From assembly GCA_964016885.1 (NCBI GenBank), contig OZ024743.1, forward strand, positions 92,070,001 through 92,134,000: a stretch of DNA of 64,000 nucleotides, written 5' to 3'. Made by a program: the position numbers and the translations under genes. This stretch comes from Eledone cirrhosa (Eukaryota). The notes beneath the pieces were generated by a model that was not told the origin of the DNA, did no database searches, and saw nothing but the letters and a program-made list of their open reading frames with translations. This document shows positions 40,701-56,047 of this stretch, piece by piece; position 1 is the stretch's first letter, and each line of letters opens with the position of its first letter.

Positions 40701-43700
40701 ACATACACACACATCTACTGAGTTACATACACACGCATATCTACTGAGTTACATACACACACATCTACTGAGTTACATACACACACATCTACTGAGATAC
40801 ATACACACACATCTACTGAGTTACATACACACATATCTACTGAGTTACATACACACACATCTACTGAGTTACATACACACACATATCTACTGAGTTACAT
40901 ACACACACATCTACTGAGTTACATACACACACATCTACTGAGATACATACACACACATCTACTGAGTTACATACACACATATCTACTGAGTTACATACAC
41001 ACACATCTACTGAGTTACATACACACATATCTACTGAGTTACATACACACACATCTACTGATTTACATACACACATATCTACTGAGTTACATACACACAC
41101 ATATCTACTGAGTTACATACACACACATCTACTGAGTTACATACACATATCTACTGAGTTACATACACATCTACTGAGTTACATACACACACATATCTAC
41201 TGAGTTACATACACACACATCTACTGAGTTACATACACACACATCTACTGAGTTACATACACACATATCTACTGAGTTACATACACACACAACTACTGTG
41301 TTACATACACACATATCTACTGAGTTACATACACACACATCTACTGAGTTACATACACACATATCTACTGAGTTACATACACATACATCTACTGAGTTAC
41401 ATACACACATATCTACTGAGTTACATACACACACATATCTACTGAGTTACATACACACACATCTACTGAGTTACATACACACACATCTACTGAGTTACAT
41501 ACACACATATCTACTGAGTTACATACACACATATCTACTGAGTTACATACACACACATCTACTGAGTTACATACACACACATCTACTGAGTTACATACAC
41601 ACACATCTACTGAGTTACATACACACACATCTACTGAGTTACATACACACATATCTACTGAGTTACATGCACACACATCTGAGTTACATACACACATATC
41701 TACTGAGTTACATACACACATATATCTACTGAATTACATACACACACATCTACTAAGTTACATACACACACATTTACTGAGTTACATACACACATATCTA
41801 CTGAGTTACATACACACACATCTACTGAGTTACATACACACATATCTACTGAGTTACATACACACACATATCTACTGAGTTACATACACACACATATCTA
41901 CTGAGTTACATACAGGCACATCTACTGAGTTACATACACACACATATCTACTGAGTTACATACACACATATCTACTGAGTTACATACACACACATCTACT
42001 GAGTTGCATACACACATATCTACTGAGTTACATACACACACATCTACTGAGTTACATACACACATATCTACTGAGTTACATACACACACATATCTACTAA
42101 GTTACATACACACACATCTACTGAGTTACATACACATATATCTACTGAGTAACATACACACACATATCTACTGAGTTACATACACACACATCTACTGAGT
42201 TACATACACACACGTCTACTGAGTTACATACACACATCTACTGAGTTACATACACACACATCTACTGAGTTACATACACACATATCTACTGAGTTACATG
42301 CACACACATCTGAGTTACATACACACATATCTACTGAGTTACATACACACATATATCTACTGAATTACATACACACACATCTACTAAGTTACATACACAC
42401 ACATTTACTGAGTTACATACACACATATCTACTGAGTTACATACACACACATCTACTGAGTTACATACACACATATCTACTGAGTTACATACACACACAT
42501 ATCTACTGAGTTACATACACACACATATCTACTGAGTTACATACAGGCACATCTACTGAGTTACATACACACACATATCTACTGAGTTACATACACACAT
42601 ATCTACTGAGTTACATACACACACATCTACTGAGTTGCATACACACATATCTACTGAGTTACATACACACACATCTACTGAGTTACATACACACATATCT
42701 ACTGAGTTACATACACACACATATCTACTAAGTTACATACACACACATCTACTGAGTTACATACACATATATCTACTGAGTAACATACACACACATATCT
42801 ACTGAGTTACATACACACACATCTACTGAGTTACATACACACACGTCTACTGAGTTACATACACACATCTACTGAGTTACATACACACACATATCTACTG
42901 AGTTACATACACACACATCTACTGAGTTACATACACACACATCTACTGAGATACATACACACACATCTACTGAGTTACATACACACATATCTACTGAGTT
43001 ACATACACACACATCTACTGAGTTACATACACACACATATCTACTGAGTTACATACACACACATCTACTGAGTTACATACACACACATCTACTGAGATAC
43101 ATACACACACATCTACTGAGTTACATACACACATATATACTGAGTTACATACACACACATCTACTGAGTTACATACAGACATATCTACTGAGTTACATAC
43201 ACACACATCTACTGATTTACATACACACATATCTACTGAGTTACATACACACACATATCTACTGAGTTACATACACACACATCTACTGAGTTACATACAC
43301 ATATCTACTGAGTTACATACACATCTACTGAGTTACATACACACACATATCTACTGAGTTACATACACATACATCTACTGAGTTACATACACACACATCT
43401 ACTGAGTTACATACACACATATCTACTGAGTTACATACACACACAACTACTGTGTTACATACACACATATCTACTGAGTTACATACACACACATCTACTG
43501 AGTTACATACACTTATATCTACTGAGTTACATACACATACATCTACTGAGTTACATACACACATATCTACTGAGTTACATACACACACATATCTACTGAG
43601 TTACATACACACATATCTACTGAGTTACATACACACACATATCTACTGAGTTACATACACACATATCTACTGAGTTACATACACACACATCTACTGAGTT

Positions 43701-46700
43701 ACATACACACACAACTACTGAGTTACATACACACATATCTACTGAGTTACATACACACATATCTACTGAGTTACATACACACACATATCTACTGAGTTAC
43801 ATACACACACATCTACTGAGTTACATACACACACATCTACTGAGTTACATACACACACATCTACTGAGTTACATACACACACATATCTACTGAGTTACAT
43901 ACACACATATCTACTGAGTTACATACACACATATCTACTGAGTTACATACACACACAACTACTGTGTTACATACACACATATCTACTGAGTTACATACAC
44001 ACACATCTACTGAGTTACATACACACATATCTACTGAGTTACATACACACACATTTACTGAGTTACATACACACATATCTACTGAGTTACATACACACAC
44101 ATATCTACTGAGTTACATACACACACATCTACTGAGTTACATACACACACATCTACTGAGTTACATACACACATATCTACTGAGTAACATACACACACAT
44201 ATCTACTGAGTTACATACACACATCTACTGAGTTACATACACACACATCTACTGAGTTACATACACACACATCTACTGAGTTACATACACACACATCTAC
44301 TGAGTTACATACACACACATCTACTGAGTTACATACACACACATCTACTGAGATACATACACACACATCTACTGAGTTACATACACACATATCTACTGAG
44401 TTACATACACACACATCTACTGAGTTACATACACACACATATCTACTGAGTTACATACACACACATCTACTGAGTTACATACACACACATCTACTGAGAT
44501 ACATACACACACATCTACTGAGTTACATACACACATATCTACTGAGTTACATACACACACATCTACTGAGTTACATACACACATATCTACTGAGTTACAT
44601 ACACACACATCTACTGATTTACATACACACATATCTACTGAGTTACATACACACACATATCTACTGAGTTACATACACACACATCTACTGAGTTACATAC
44701 ACATATCTACTGAGTTACATACACATCTACTGAGTTACATACACACACATATCTACTGAGTTACATACACACACATCTACTGAGTTACATACACACACAT
44801 CTACTGAGTTACATACACACATATCTACTGAGTTTCATACACACACAACTACTGTGTTACATACACACATATCTACTGAGTTACATACACACACATCTAC
44901 TTAGTTACATACACACATATCTACTGAGTTACATACACATACATCTACTGAGTTACATACACACATATCTACTGAGTTACATACACACACATATCTACTG
45001 AGTTACATACACACACATCTACTGAGTTACATACACACACATCTACTGAGTTACATACACACATATCTACTGAGTTACATACACACATATCTACTGAGTT
45101 ACATACACACACATCTACTGAGTTACATACACACACATCTACTGAGTTACATACACACACATCTACTGAGTTACATACACACACATCTACTGAGTTACAT
45201 ACACACATATCTACTGAGTTACATGCACACACATCTGAGTTACATACACACATATCTACTGAGTTACATACACACATATATCTACTGAATTACATACACA
45301 CACATCTACTAAGTTACATACACACACATTTACTGAGTTACATACACACATATCTACTGAGTTACATACACACACATCTACTGAGTTACATACACACATA
45401 TCTACTGAGTTACATACACACACATATCTACTGAGTTACATACACACACATATCTACTGAGTTACATACACGCACATCTACTGAGTTACATACACACACA
45501 TATCTACTGAGTTACATACACACATATCTACTGAGTTACATACACACACATCTACTGAGTTGCATACACACATATCTACTGAGTTACATACACACACATC
45601 TACTGAGTTACATACACACATATCTACTGAGTTACATACACACACATATCTACTAAGTAACATACACACACATCTACTGAGTTACATACACATATATCTA
45701 CTGAGTAACATACACACACATATCTACTGAGTTACATACACACACATCTACTGAGTTACACACACACACGTCTACTGAGTTACATACACACATCTACTGA
45801 GTTACATACACACACATATCTACTGAGTTACATACACACACATCTACTGAGTTACATACACACACATCTACTGAGATACATACACACACATCTACTGAGT
45901 TACATACACACATATCTACTGAGTTACATACACACACATATCTACTGAGTTACATACACACATCTACTGAGTTACATACACACACATCTACTGAGTTACA
46001 TACACACACATCTACTGAGTTACATACACACACATCTACTGAGTTACATACACACATATCTACTGAGTTACATGCACACACATCTGAGTTACATACACAC
46101 ATATCTACTGAGTTACATACACACACATATCTACTGAGTTACATACACACAAATCTACTGAGTTACATACACACGCATATCTACTGAGTTACATACACAC
46201 ACATCTACTGAGTTACATACACACACATCTACTGAGATACATACACACACATCTACTGAGTTACATACACACATATCTACTGAGTTACATACACACACAT
46301 CTACTGAGTTACATACACACACATATCTACTGAGTTACATACACACACATCTACTGAGTTACATACACACACATCTACTGAGATACATACACACACATCT
46401 ACTGAGTTACATACACACATATCTACTGAGTTACATACACACACATCTACTGAGTTACATACACACATATCTACTGAGTTACATACACACACATCTACTG
46501 ATTTACATACACACATATCTACTGAGTTACATACACACACATATCTACTGAGTTACATACACACACATCTACTGAGTTACATACACATATCTACTGAGTT
46601 ACATACACATCTACTGAGTTACATACACACACATATCTACTGAGTTACATACACACACATCTACTGAGTTACATACACACACATCTACTGAGTTACATAC

Positions 46701-49418
46701 ACACATATCTACTGAGTTACATACACACACAACTACTGTGTTACATACACACATATCTACTGAGTTACATACACACACATCTACTGAGTTACATACACAC
46801 ATATCTACTGAGTTACATACACATACATCTACTGAGTTACATACACACATATCTACTGAGTTACATACACACACATATCTACTGAGTTACATACACACAC
46901 ATCTACTGAGTTACATACACACACATCTACTGAGTTACATACACACATATCTACTGAGTTACATACACACATATCTACTGAGTTACATACACACACATCT
47001 ACTGAGTTACATACACACACATCTACTGAGTTACATACACACACATCTACTGAGTTACATACACACACATCTACTGAGTTACATACACACATATCTACTG
47101 AGTTACATGCACACACATCTGAGTTACATACACACATATCTACTGAGTTACATACACACATATATCTACTGAATTACATACACACACATCTACTAAGTTA
47201 CATACACACACATTTACTGAGTTACATACACACATATCTACTGAGTTACATACACACACATCTACTGAGTTACATACACACATATCTACTGAGTTACATA
47301 CACACACATATCTACTGAGTTACATACACACACATATCTACTGAGTTACATACACGCACATCTACTGAGTTACATACACACACATATCTACTGAGTTACA
47401 TACACACATATCTACTGAGTTACATACACACACATCTACTGAGTTGCATACACACATATCTACTGAGTTACATACACACACATCTACTGAGTTACATACA
47501 CACATATCTACTGAGTTACATACACACACATATCTACTAAGTTACATACACACACATCTACTGAGTTACATACACATATATCTACTGAGTAACATACACA
47601 CACATATCTACTGAGTTACATACACACACATCTACTGAGTTACATACACACACGTCTACTGAGTTACATACACACATCTACTGAGTTACATACACACACA
47701 TATCTACTGAGTTACATACACACACATCTACTGAGTTACATACACACACATCTACTGAGATACATACACACACATCTACTGAGTTACATACACACATATC
47801 TACTGAGTTACATACACACACATCTACTGAGTTACATACACACACATATCTACTGAGTTACATACACACACATCTACTGAGTTACATACACACACATCTA
47901 CTGAGATACATACACACACATCTACTGAGTTACATACACACATATATACTGAGTTACATACACACACATCTACTGAGTTACATACAGACATATCTACTGA
48001 GTTACATACACACACATCTACTGATTTACATACACACATATCTACTGAGTTACATACACACACATATCTACTGAGTTACATACACACACATCTACTGAGT
48101 TACATACACATATCTACTGAGTTACATACACATCTACTGAGTTACATACACACACATATCTACTGAGTTACATACACACACATCTACTGAGTTACATACA
48201 CACACATCTACTGAGTTACATACACACATATCTACTGAGTTACATACACACACAACTACTGTGTTACATATACACATATCTACTGAGTTACATACACACA
48301 CATCTACTGAGTTACATACACACATATCTACTGAGTTACATACACATACACATACATCTACTGAGTTACATACACACATATCTACTGAGTTACATACACA
48401 CACATATCTACTGAGTTACATACACACACATCTACTGAGTTACATACACACACATCTACTGAGTTACATACACACATATCTACTGAGTTACATACACACA
48501 TATCTACTGAGTTACATACACACACATCTACTGAGTTACATACACACACATCTACTGAGTTACATACACACACATCTACTGAGTTACATACACACACATC
48601 TACTGAGTTACATACACACATATCTACTGAGTTACATGCACACACATCTGAGTTACATACACACATATCTACTGAGTTACATACACACACATCTACTGAG
48701 TTACATACACACATATCTACTGAGTTACATACACACATATCTACTGAGTTACATACACACACATCTACTGAGTTACATACACACACATCTACTGAGTTAC
48801 ATACACACACATCTACTGAGTTACATACACACACATCTACTGAGTTACATACACACATATCTACTGAGTTACATGCACACACATCTGAGTTACATACACA
48901 CACATCTACTGATTTACATACACACATATCTACTGAGTTACATACACACACATATCTACTGAGTTACATACACACACATCTACTGAGTTACATACACACA
49001 CGTCTACTGAGTTACATACACACATCTACTGAGTTACATACACACACATCTACTGAGTTACATACACACACATCTACTGAGATACATACACACACATCTA
49101 CTGAGTTACATACACACATATCTACTGAGTTACATACACACACATCTACTGAGTTACATACACACACATTTACTGAATTTTAGCATACACACACATTTAA
49201 GAATTTTAGCAGAATCAAATATTTTCGAAATTAAGAATTTTAGCAGAAAGTCACAACCTGGGTTCTAAAACACTATTTATTATTTATTGGTAATCTAAGC
49301 TTCCAGGAACCCCCGGCTAGAGTTGCGTCCCTTTAGGGTTTACCGATAAAATAAGCTTAAAAGCATGTTTGTCTGTTTTGCCGGGACCGGCTACGTAGCC
49401 TATTCTTAAATTTAATAT
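34726..49418. mobile_element. Putative non-autonomous TIR DNA transposon enclosing the minisatellite
   Basis: Left tattaaatttaaggaagtggctatatagccggtcccggtaaatagac versus right (reverse complement) tattaaatttaagaataggctacgtagccggtcccggcaaaacagac. Confidence 0.65.
34960..49196. repeat. ~14.2-kb minisatellite, 24-bp unit TCTACTGAGTTACATACACACA(C/T)A with 20-26-bp variants
   Basis: Uninterrupted tandem array, roughly 590 units by length. Confidence 0.98.
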
Positions 49419-49472
49419 ACATTTATATATATTTATTTTTCTGTACCTTTCCTACTGAAATAGTTCATTTAC

Positions 49473-49555
<83 letters not shown>

Positions 49556-49557
<2 letters not shown>

Positions 49558-50105
49558 AAAATGAGGGTTTTTTTTTTATTAAAAAACTAAAAGGAAAAAG
49601 AACGAGATGTCCTACACGGGTGAAAGTATAAGGAAAAGAAATCGAAAATGCAACTGGAGTCTTTTTAAGAATATTTATTTATTTACTTTACTGGTTTCAC
49701 AGTTCTTATGATTTTCAAAAGTAGAATTGGGATGGAGGGTTTGTGGTTTGTCTCGCATCTGGTTGGTGTTCGAAAGTTCTTTCTGTTTTTAAATTACACT
49801 TTTAAAAAGATAACAATTTGAGCCGCATTTTTTAAGGCAAATACAATAAGAACTTTGGAACATGAACTGGCGCGAAATTTATTGCACTTATTCACGAGAC
49901 AAATAACTTTTAAAAAAACAGCAATTCGAGCCACTCTTTCCACATAAAACAGAAAGAACTTTCGAACACCAACCAGATACGAGACAAACCCCAAATCCTC
50001 CATCTCAATTTTACTTTTGAAAAGCATACGAACTGTGAAACCGGTAAAGTAAATAAATATATATTCTTAAAAAGACTCCAGTTGCATTTTCGATTTCTTT
50101 TCCGT
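49556..50105. mobile_element. Family-C fold-back element, ~160-bp arms
   Basis: About 49630-49790 is inverted at about 49945-50105; (TA)n flanks. Confidence 0.8.
50010..50053 (+). ncRNA. Hammerhead-like motif, U3-A8 variant
   Basis: tttactt-TTGAAAA-GCA-tacgaac-TGT-GAAAC-CG-GTA-aagtaaa; 7-bp stem I. Confidence 0.65.
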
Positions 50106-50121
50106 ATATATATATATATAT

Positions 50122-50183
50122 ATAAATGTAAGTATGTATGTATACGTACATACATATATGTATACAGACGTACACTGGCATGC

Positions 50184-50246
<63 letters not shown>

Positions 50247-50530
50247 CAGGTACACATACATATATGCACATATCAGTTTAGCGGACGCTTATTATAACGC
50301 CGCTTTGTTCGTTTGTAAACAAACTGAACAGCCTGAATTTATGCCATACGGTGTTAAGGCAACCACGTCACCTTTTTGTTCAACACTGACACAGGAACGA
50401 TGCACTAGTTTCAAGCTTGTTAGCTATCATCAGCACCGTATACCCTTCTGCCAGATGAACGTTCGAAAGTATATACTTTCCTTATGAAAATTAACGGCTA
50501 AGCAGCCTAATTTGCATATCGAGTGAGTTA
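50122..50530 (-). mobile_element. Diverged copy of the 32934 repeat; hammerhead at 50397-50439 with GUG cleavage triplet
   Basis: Colinear homology; CTGATGA-tagctaacaagctt-GAAACTA-GTG. Confidence 0.8.
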
Positions 50531-50579
50531 AATCCCAGATGAGAGTGAATGAGAAAGGGACTAATTCTGTCTGGTGCCG

Positions 50580-50920
50580 TAGCCTAATAGTGGGGTTTGT
50601 AAATCTCTAAGAAATGGAAAAAGATAAGTATTGGCGTACACGGGAGTCGAATCCACTATCAGGCTATAATTTCTTTAGTCAAAAGATACGGCGAAAGCTT
50701 CTATTTCTACTTTCAAACTCGCACCGTGTTTCAAAAGATACTTACTTGTCGTTATACTTGCTAAGAATGTAGCTTCTAATTTAAATGGAAGGAGATTGGT
50801 GATGTGTTGGTGTAATGGTAGCACAGTGGTCTGGATAACCAAAGATGTGAGTTCAACTCCCATGTACGTCATTACTCGTCTTTTTCCATATCTTAGAGTG
50901 TTCTAAACCCCACTATCAGG

Positions 50921-50924
<4 letters not shown>
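50580..50924. mobile_element. Short tRNA-derived SINE (50797-50924, +) with inverted partial copy (50580-50655)
   Basis: A box TGGTGTAATGG, B box GAGTTCAACTCC, tail ccccactatcaggcta mirrored at 50580. Confidence 0.6.
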
Positions 50925-50958
<34 letters not shown>

Positions 50959-51057
50959 CAGGGAGTGTAACGCGGAATTACTGTAGGTTCACCCGGGTGA
51001 GCACTCGATGTTTAGGTTCACTTCAGTGACGAGGTATTGAGCTAGACAGAGTGTAAA

Positions 51058-51335
51058 ATAATAATACAAGGACGAATGGTTACTCCTTGATTACGTTTAT
51101 TGGTTGGTGACACGCGTTTCGCTACTGATCAGCTCAAGGTTCGATCTATATCGATCTGGCCCGACTCTGGAATCAAAAGCTCATCGGACCTCTGTCAACA
51201 GAGGCCCGATGAGCTTTTAATTCCAGAGTCGGGCCAGATCGATATAGATCGAACCTTGAGCTGATCAGTAGCGAAACGCGTGTCACCAACCAATAAACGT
51301 AATCAAGGAGTAACCATTCGTCCCTGTTTTATTAT
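51058..51335. mobile_element. Family-D palindromic element, second copy
   Basis: Near-perfect palindrome centred at 51196-51197; hammerhead-like CCGATGA-GCT...AGC-GAAAC-GCGT-GTC-acc on both arms. Confidence 0.85.
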
Positions 51336-52059
51336 ATATATATATATAAATACAGATTTGTTTTATAAATAAATATTGACATACCCGGAATAAAATAAAT
51401 ATGGTTTTATAAATGAAATAAATATGGTTTTATAAATATAGTTTCCATTGATTAATATATTGTGTATTTACTCCACTTATCTGTTGAGTGCTTTATATCA
51501 GTTATAAAAATGTTTAAGCTTGTTGAATCCCAACAAATTAAATATAACCTCTGCATATATATATATATATATCCATGTATGTATGCATACGTGTGCGTGT
51601 CTGTGTGTGCGTGTGATGTTTGCTACTTTGAATCCTAATAATTGCTTATCAATTAATGTATTGTTCTCTATTTATTCTCTATTTGCAGTTTACTCCTCCT
51701 TCGGACATCTTTTGTAAAAGGGAAGCTGAGTAAATAAAGAATCTCCCATTAAGGTGTAGTAAGTAAGTAAAACAATGAAATGGAGAACTGAATGGACGTC
51801 GTGTGAGCAATAGAAATACAACATATGAATAACGGTGTGAAGACAACACAGGTGGCCAGTGTCAGCGCCTTATCAATGTCACGTGACCAATATGTCAGTG
51901 TTGTCAATCAACTTCGTTGTCATCAATACTTCAATTCGACGAAAGAACACAAGTAAATTGACTACAACTGATTTGTGTTCCTCACCTATTGACAAAAGAG
52001 AGTATCGACAGCTGCAGTAACTGCATCATCAACAACAACAACAACGACAACTACTGATA

Positions 52060-52340
52060 ATAATAATAATAACAATAATAATAATTGTTTCATTTATTGG
52101 CCACAAGGGCCTACATATTGGGGGACAATACAATAGAGAGAGACAGTAAGGATTCACCATAAAATCGAGTAAAAATACACAATAACAAAAACAAATAATG
52201 AAAATATATAAAAAATATATAGAAATATAAAAATATATTTTTTAAAATATATAAAGATATAAAATATATATAAATATAATAAAATAAATTCCGCAATAGT
52301 GGAGCGAACCACCCAGGGGCCACTCAGGTACCCAACAACG
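52060..52340 (-). mobile_element. LINE 3'UTR related to 7310-7650
   Basis: The minus strand ends ggcccttgtggccaataaatgaaacaattattatt. Confidence 0.55.
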
Positions 52341-53532
52341 ATAATGATATAATAATCCGAATATAATTGATAAAAAAACATATATAATCCCTATAATAAT
52401 AGGGACTCAATACGGTGACAGATACGTTGTTAAAAGCCCAGAATTTACAAATATATACAACATACAGAGACTAGCGCTGCAAGGTACTGCACATATATTA
52501 GTTGCAAGGTACTGCACATATATTAGTCTCAATACAACTGAAACAATAACAACACTGCACATACCCAAGGTGCACAAAGCTGTGTTCAGTAATGTGGTGA
52601 CGGCATGCAATAAATATAAGACTAATGGTAATAATAATGATAGTAATGATAAAGCCGTCATCCGGTGTATGACAAATGCTTAGTTAGATTCCGGCCGGCG
52701 GTTCTGTCCACTTTGTTCCATCTCCGGGAGATACTTTACCCGAAAGTTCGACTATTGTTTGTAGTTTATCTGTATTGTGGTCGCTTTCAAAAAGGCAAAA
52801 TCGTATTTTCAAACTTCCTCTACGTTTCGTAAACGAAAACAACATTGTAATGATAATAATGTTCTTAACTACAAGAAGGCTATAACAAAGTGACAACCAC
52901 AACCGCCACCACTACAATAACAACAACAGAAGCAATATGGCTGAGCGAGTAACAACGACAACAACAGCAACAACAAGTACTGTTACAAGATCCACAACAT
53001 CATCATCATCATCAACCACAACAATAACAACAACGACGACGACAACGTAAACAATAAGAAATGTGCAATTAGCAAAACAATTTCTTTAAAAAAAATAAAG
53101 TGATGCCCCAGCATGGCCGCAGCTCACGGGCTTGAACAATACTAAGAATGACCTCAGCAAGAACAACAAACATTAGCATCATTTATCTCTTTCTTTCAAA
53201 CCAAAGTAATGGCCGATATATTTTGTTAACGGTGAACACTGCTTCGATCTAAACTCATTGTTAGACTGTCTGACCCCTTTATTTCTATATTTCTGATCAA
53301 ATAATACTGCCTGTGATGTTAGAATCATTTTGAAAATAATCAAAAATTTTGTAGGATCAAGCAATATAGCCCACATTTTTATAATCTAGTTTTTGGAACA
53401 ACTTTAAAAAAAGAGTTTTACATAAAATTATGATGGAAGGTTTTTAAGATAAATATAAACACTTTAAAACCCTTCATTCTTACATTTCTAATGAAATGAC
53501 ACTGGACATCAAGAATTAGGAAGGATCTAGAA

Positions 53533-53702
53533 CAGGGTTACCCCAAACTTTTTGAAACGCGGAACCCTTTTTGGTTCAGAAACTTTTGAGGGAACCCCAA
53601 ATATCTAATACTGTTATATGGTCGTAATATAAATATACTCTTCTACCTTTTTTTCGGGGAACCCTAAAAACTCCTTTGCAGAACCCACTTTGGGAACCAC
53701 TG
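53533..53702. mobile_element. hAT/Charlie-type MITE
   Basis: CAGGGTTACCCCAAAC...TTTGGGAACCACTG; 8-bp TSD atctagaa/atttagaa. Confidence 0.85.
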
Positions 53703-53912
53703 ATTTAGAAAACAACTAACCTTTGCATTATTTAGCTGGTGTTTAAAACTTAATAACAAAGTTCTTACATAAAATTGATGGAAGGTTTTTAGATTAATAT
53801 AAACCCATTAAAATAAAGAGTTTTGTATAGTAGAACTAGGGGTTTGTTGTTTCGGTTGGTTTGTTATCAAAAGAGTTAACCAGCCTTGCATGAGGTGCTG
53901 ACCTGCTTACCT

Positions 53913-53977
<65 letters not shown>

Positions 53978-54986
53978 TGGAAATGGAAATAAAAAATTAG
54001 TAAATTAAAATACATTTGCAAACGCACAACTAGAGGGCGCACGTGTATCGTGTAGTGGCAGTGGCGGCGTTTACACGCGACATTTCACCACAGCAACAAA
54101 CAGCCGTCTAACTTTGTGGTGATTGATTGCAGTAAGAGGAAGAGAGAGAAGGGGACGAAGTAAGAGGTAGAGAGCAACAGTTGTGGTGGTGATGGGAGGA
54201 GGAGAAGCAAGAGGAACTGAGACATAACTACTGGGGAGGAAAAAGAAAGTGGAAAATAGTGAAGAAGTAACAGTTCTATTTCTACGACTACTACTGCTAC
54301 TACTATTAAGACTACTGCTACCACTACTATTACTGCTACTAATACTGCTGCTACGACCAGTTCGATCACAACTACTATTACTACGACTGCTGCTCAGAAG
54401 TCATTCGTGAGTTTTATATACAACAAAAAGTTATAGTGATAATAAAATAGTAAGAGTGATTGTTGTAAGAGAGAAAAAGAAGGACGGGGAGAGTGTGTTT
54501 GTGTGGTGGTGGCTATAAGAGTGGTAGTAAACGTAGTGATTCTGTGTAGGAGGAGGTGACAGACGACAGCAGTAATAAAAAGTAGTGTAAGGTAGTGGTG
54601 GTGGCAGACGATAGAACATCAAGGACGAGGGCAGAGTGCAGCATACGAAAGTATAACAACAACTGTCGTGCCTCTTTTTATATTTACAATGACGGCCCTG
54701 CCAGGAGATTAAGTACTGCTTGATACTTTTTTCCCCAGGCAGGGCCCAGACGCAATGGTAACACGAATAATTCAATAAGTTTCACATAAAAAGAATGCGA
54801 GAGAGATTGATAGAAAGAGAGAATAAGGGATACAACCTACCAACATACACACATACATATAGGTGATTATCCACTTTTTTTTTCTAACGCAAGGGGTTAC
54901 ACCCTCGATCTATTCACAAATATATTTATATAAAGATTCGCACACCGTGCTTTTTTGCTCCATAGCAAATACATACCTTTAAATTC

Positions 54987-55032
<46 letters not shown>

Positions 55033-55109
55033 AATTCGAACTGAGTGAACTTGGCAGCAAGCCGAGACTGAGAGGGTCCTCCGTTGGATTATACCATATA
55101 TATATATAT

Positions 55110-55250
55110 GTAACTAGCTGTTGAAACGGCAAGAGCTCAGCTGTTGGGTCCCGTCTCTTTATAATATAACTAAACTCTACTACCCCAAGTATCGAGTACT
55201 CTGCAGAGTAATGGTCTAACCAGTTTCAAACTGAATCAATCCTGATTTAT
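55110..55250 (+). mobile_element. Diverged family-A fragment; another tail at 59238-59275
   Basis: tagctgttgaaacggcaagagctcagctgttggg...ctctactaccccaagtatcgagtact. Confidence 0.6.
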
Positions 55251-56047
55251 TTATATATATATATGTGAAGAAGAGAAATAAAAAAAAAATCAAACTGATA
55301 ATAGAAAACAGTAAAGTTTACTTAAGCTACCTACAAACACGAGAATCAATCAAATACAAATTCATAAACAAAATCTGAACAAAATGCCAAAAGAAAGATA
55401 ACAGTATTTATTGATCATAATAACAAAAAGAGAGATCCAAGCTTCATTTTATCAATCTGGTTTGTTTACCGATAATTTATTTATTTAAAAAATATATAGA
55501 AGTATCCACAACACACACATATACAAAACATGTCTCGTACAAGTTCAATCTATTATACATGCCGGGATGTATATTTGAATTACTGAATCTCTTTATATAT
55601 CCAAGTAATTTATATTATTCTTGTTCGTCTTCTGGAGTTTTGGAGTATACCTTGCTGTAAAGAAAAAGAAAAAAAACTCAAGAAAACACCATCTATATCC
55701 GAATCACGGAAGTACTTTAAACACATATAAACATATATAACGTTTATCATACGTGTTTTAATCTATGCATAATATGGTAACATCTAACATAACCTGTTTG
55801 CCTATTCCAACGAATCCTGTCTAAAAATCCTATACATGTATACATATATATATATATATATGTGTGTGTAACGGAGTAAACTAATGTTATGTCATGTATT
55901 GATGGTCTTAAGCGAATGAGAGGATGCAATGCCAACAAGTTTACCTCTTGCTAAGAACTTACTATTTTCTTGGATTACTACATTTCATTCGGTGCAATTC
56001 ACCAGGTAAGTACTTTATACTTGTCTTAACTTGGGTCTCTGTCTAAA

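Noticed and set aside
34960-49196. CRISPR-like regular repeat, or repetitive protein ORFs (CVCNSVD / HTHLLSY)
   Set aside because: There are no unique spacers or cas genes, the context is eukaryotic, and the frames break at every 22/26-bp unit.
50797-50871. Functional tRNA gene
   Set aside because: A and B boxes are present but the cloverleaf stems pair poorly, and the unit continues into a repeated tail; treated as a SINE head.
54025-54045. CTCF-like ctagagggcgc motif (and YY1-like aaaatggcg at ~29432)
   Set aside because: Single short motifs are expected by chance in 64 kb; no supporting promoter evidence.
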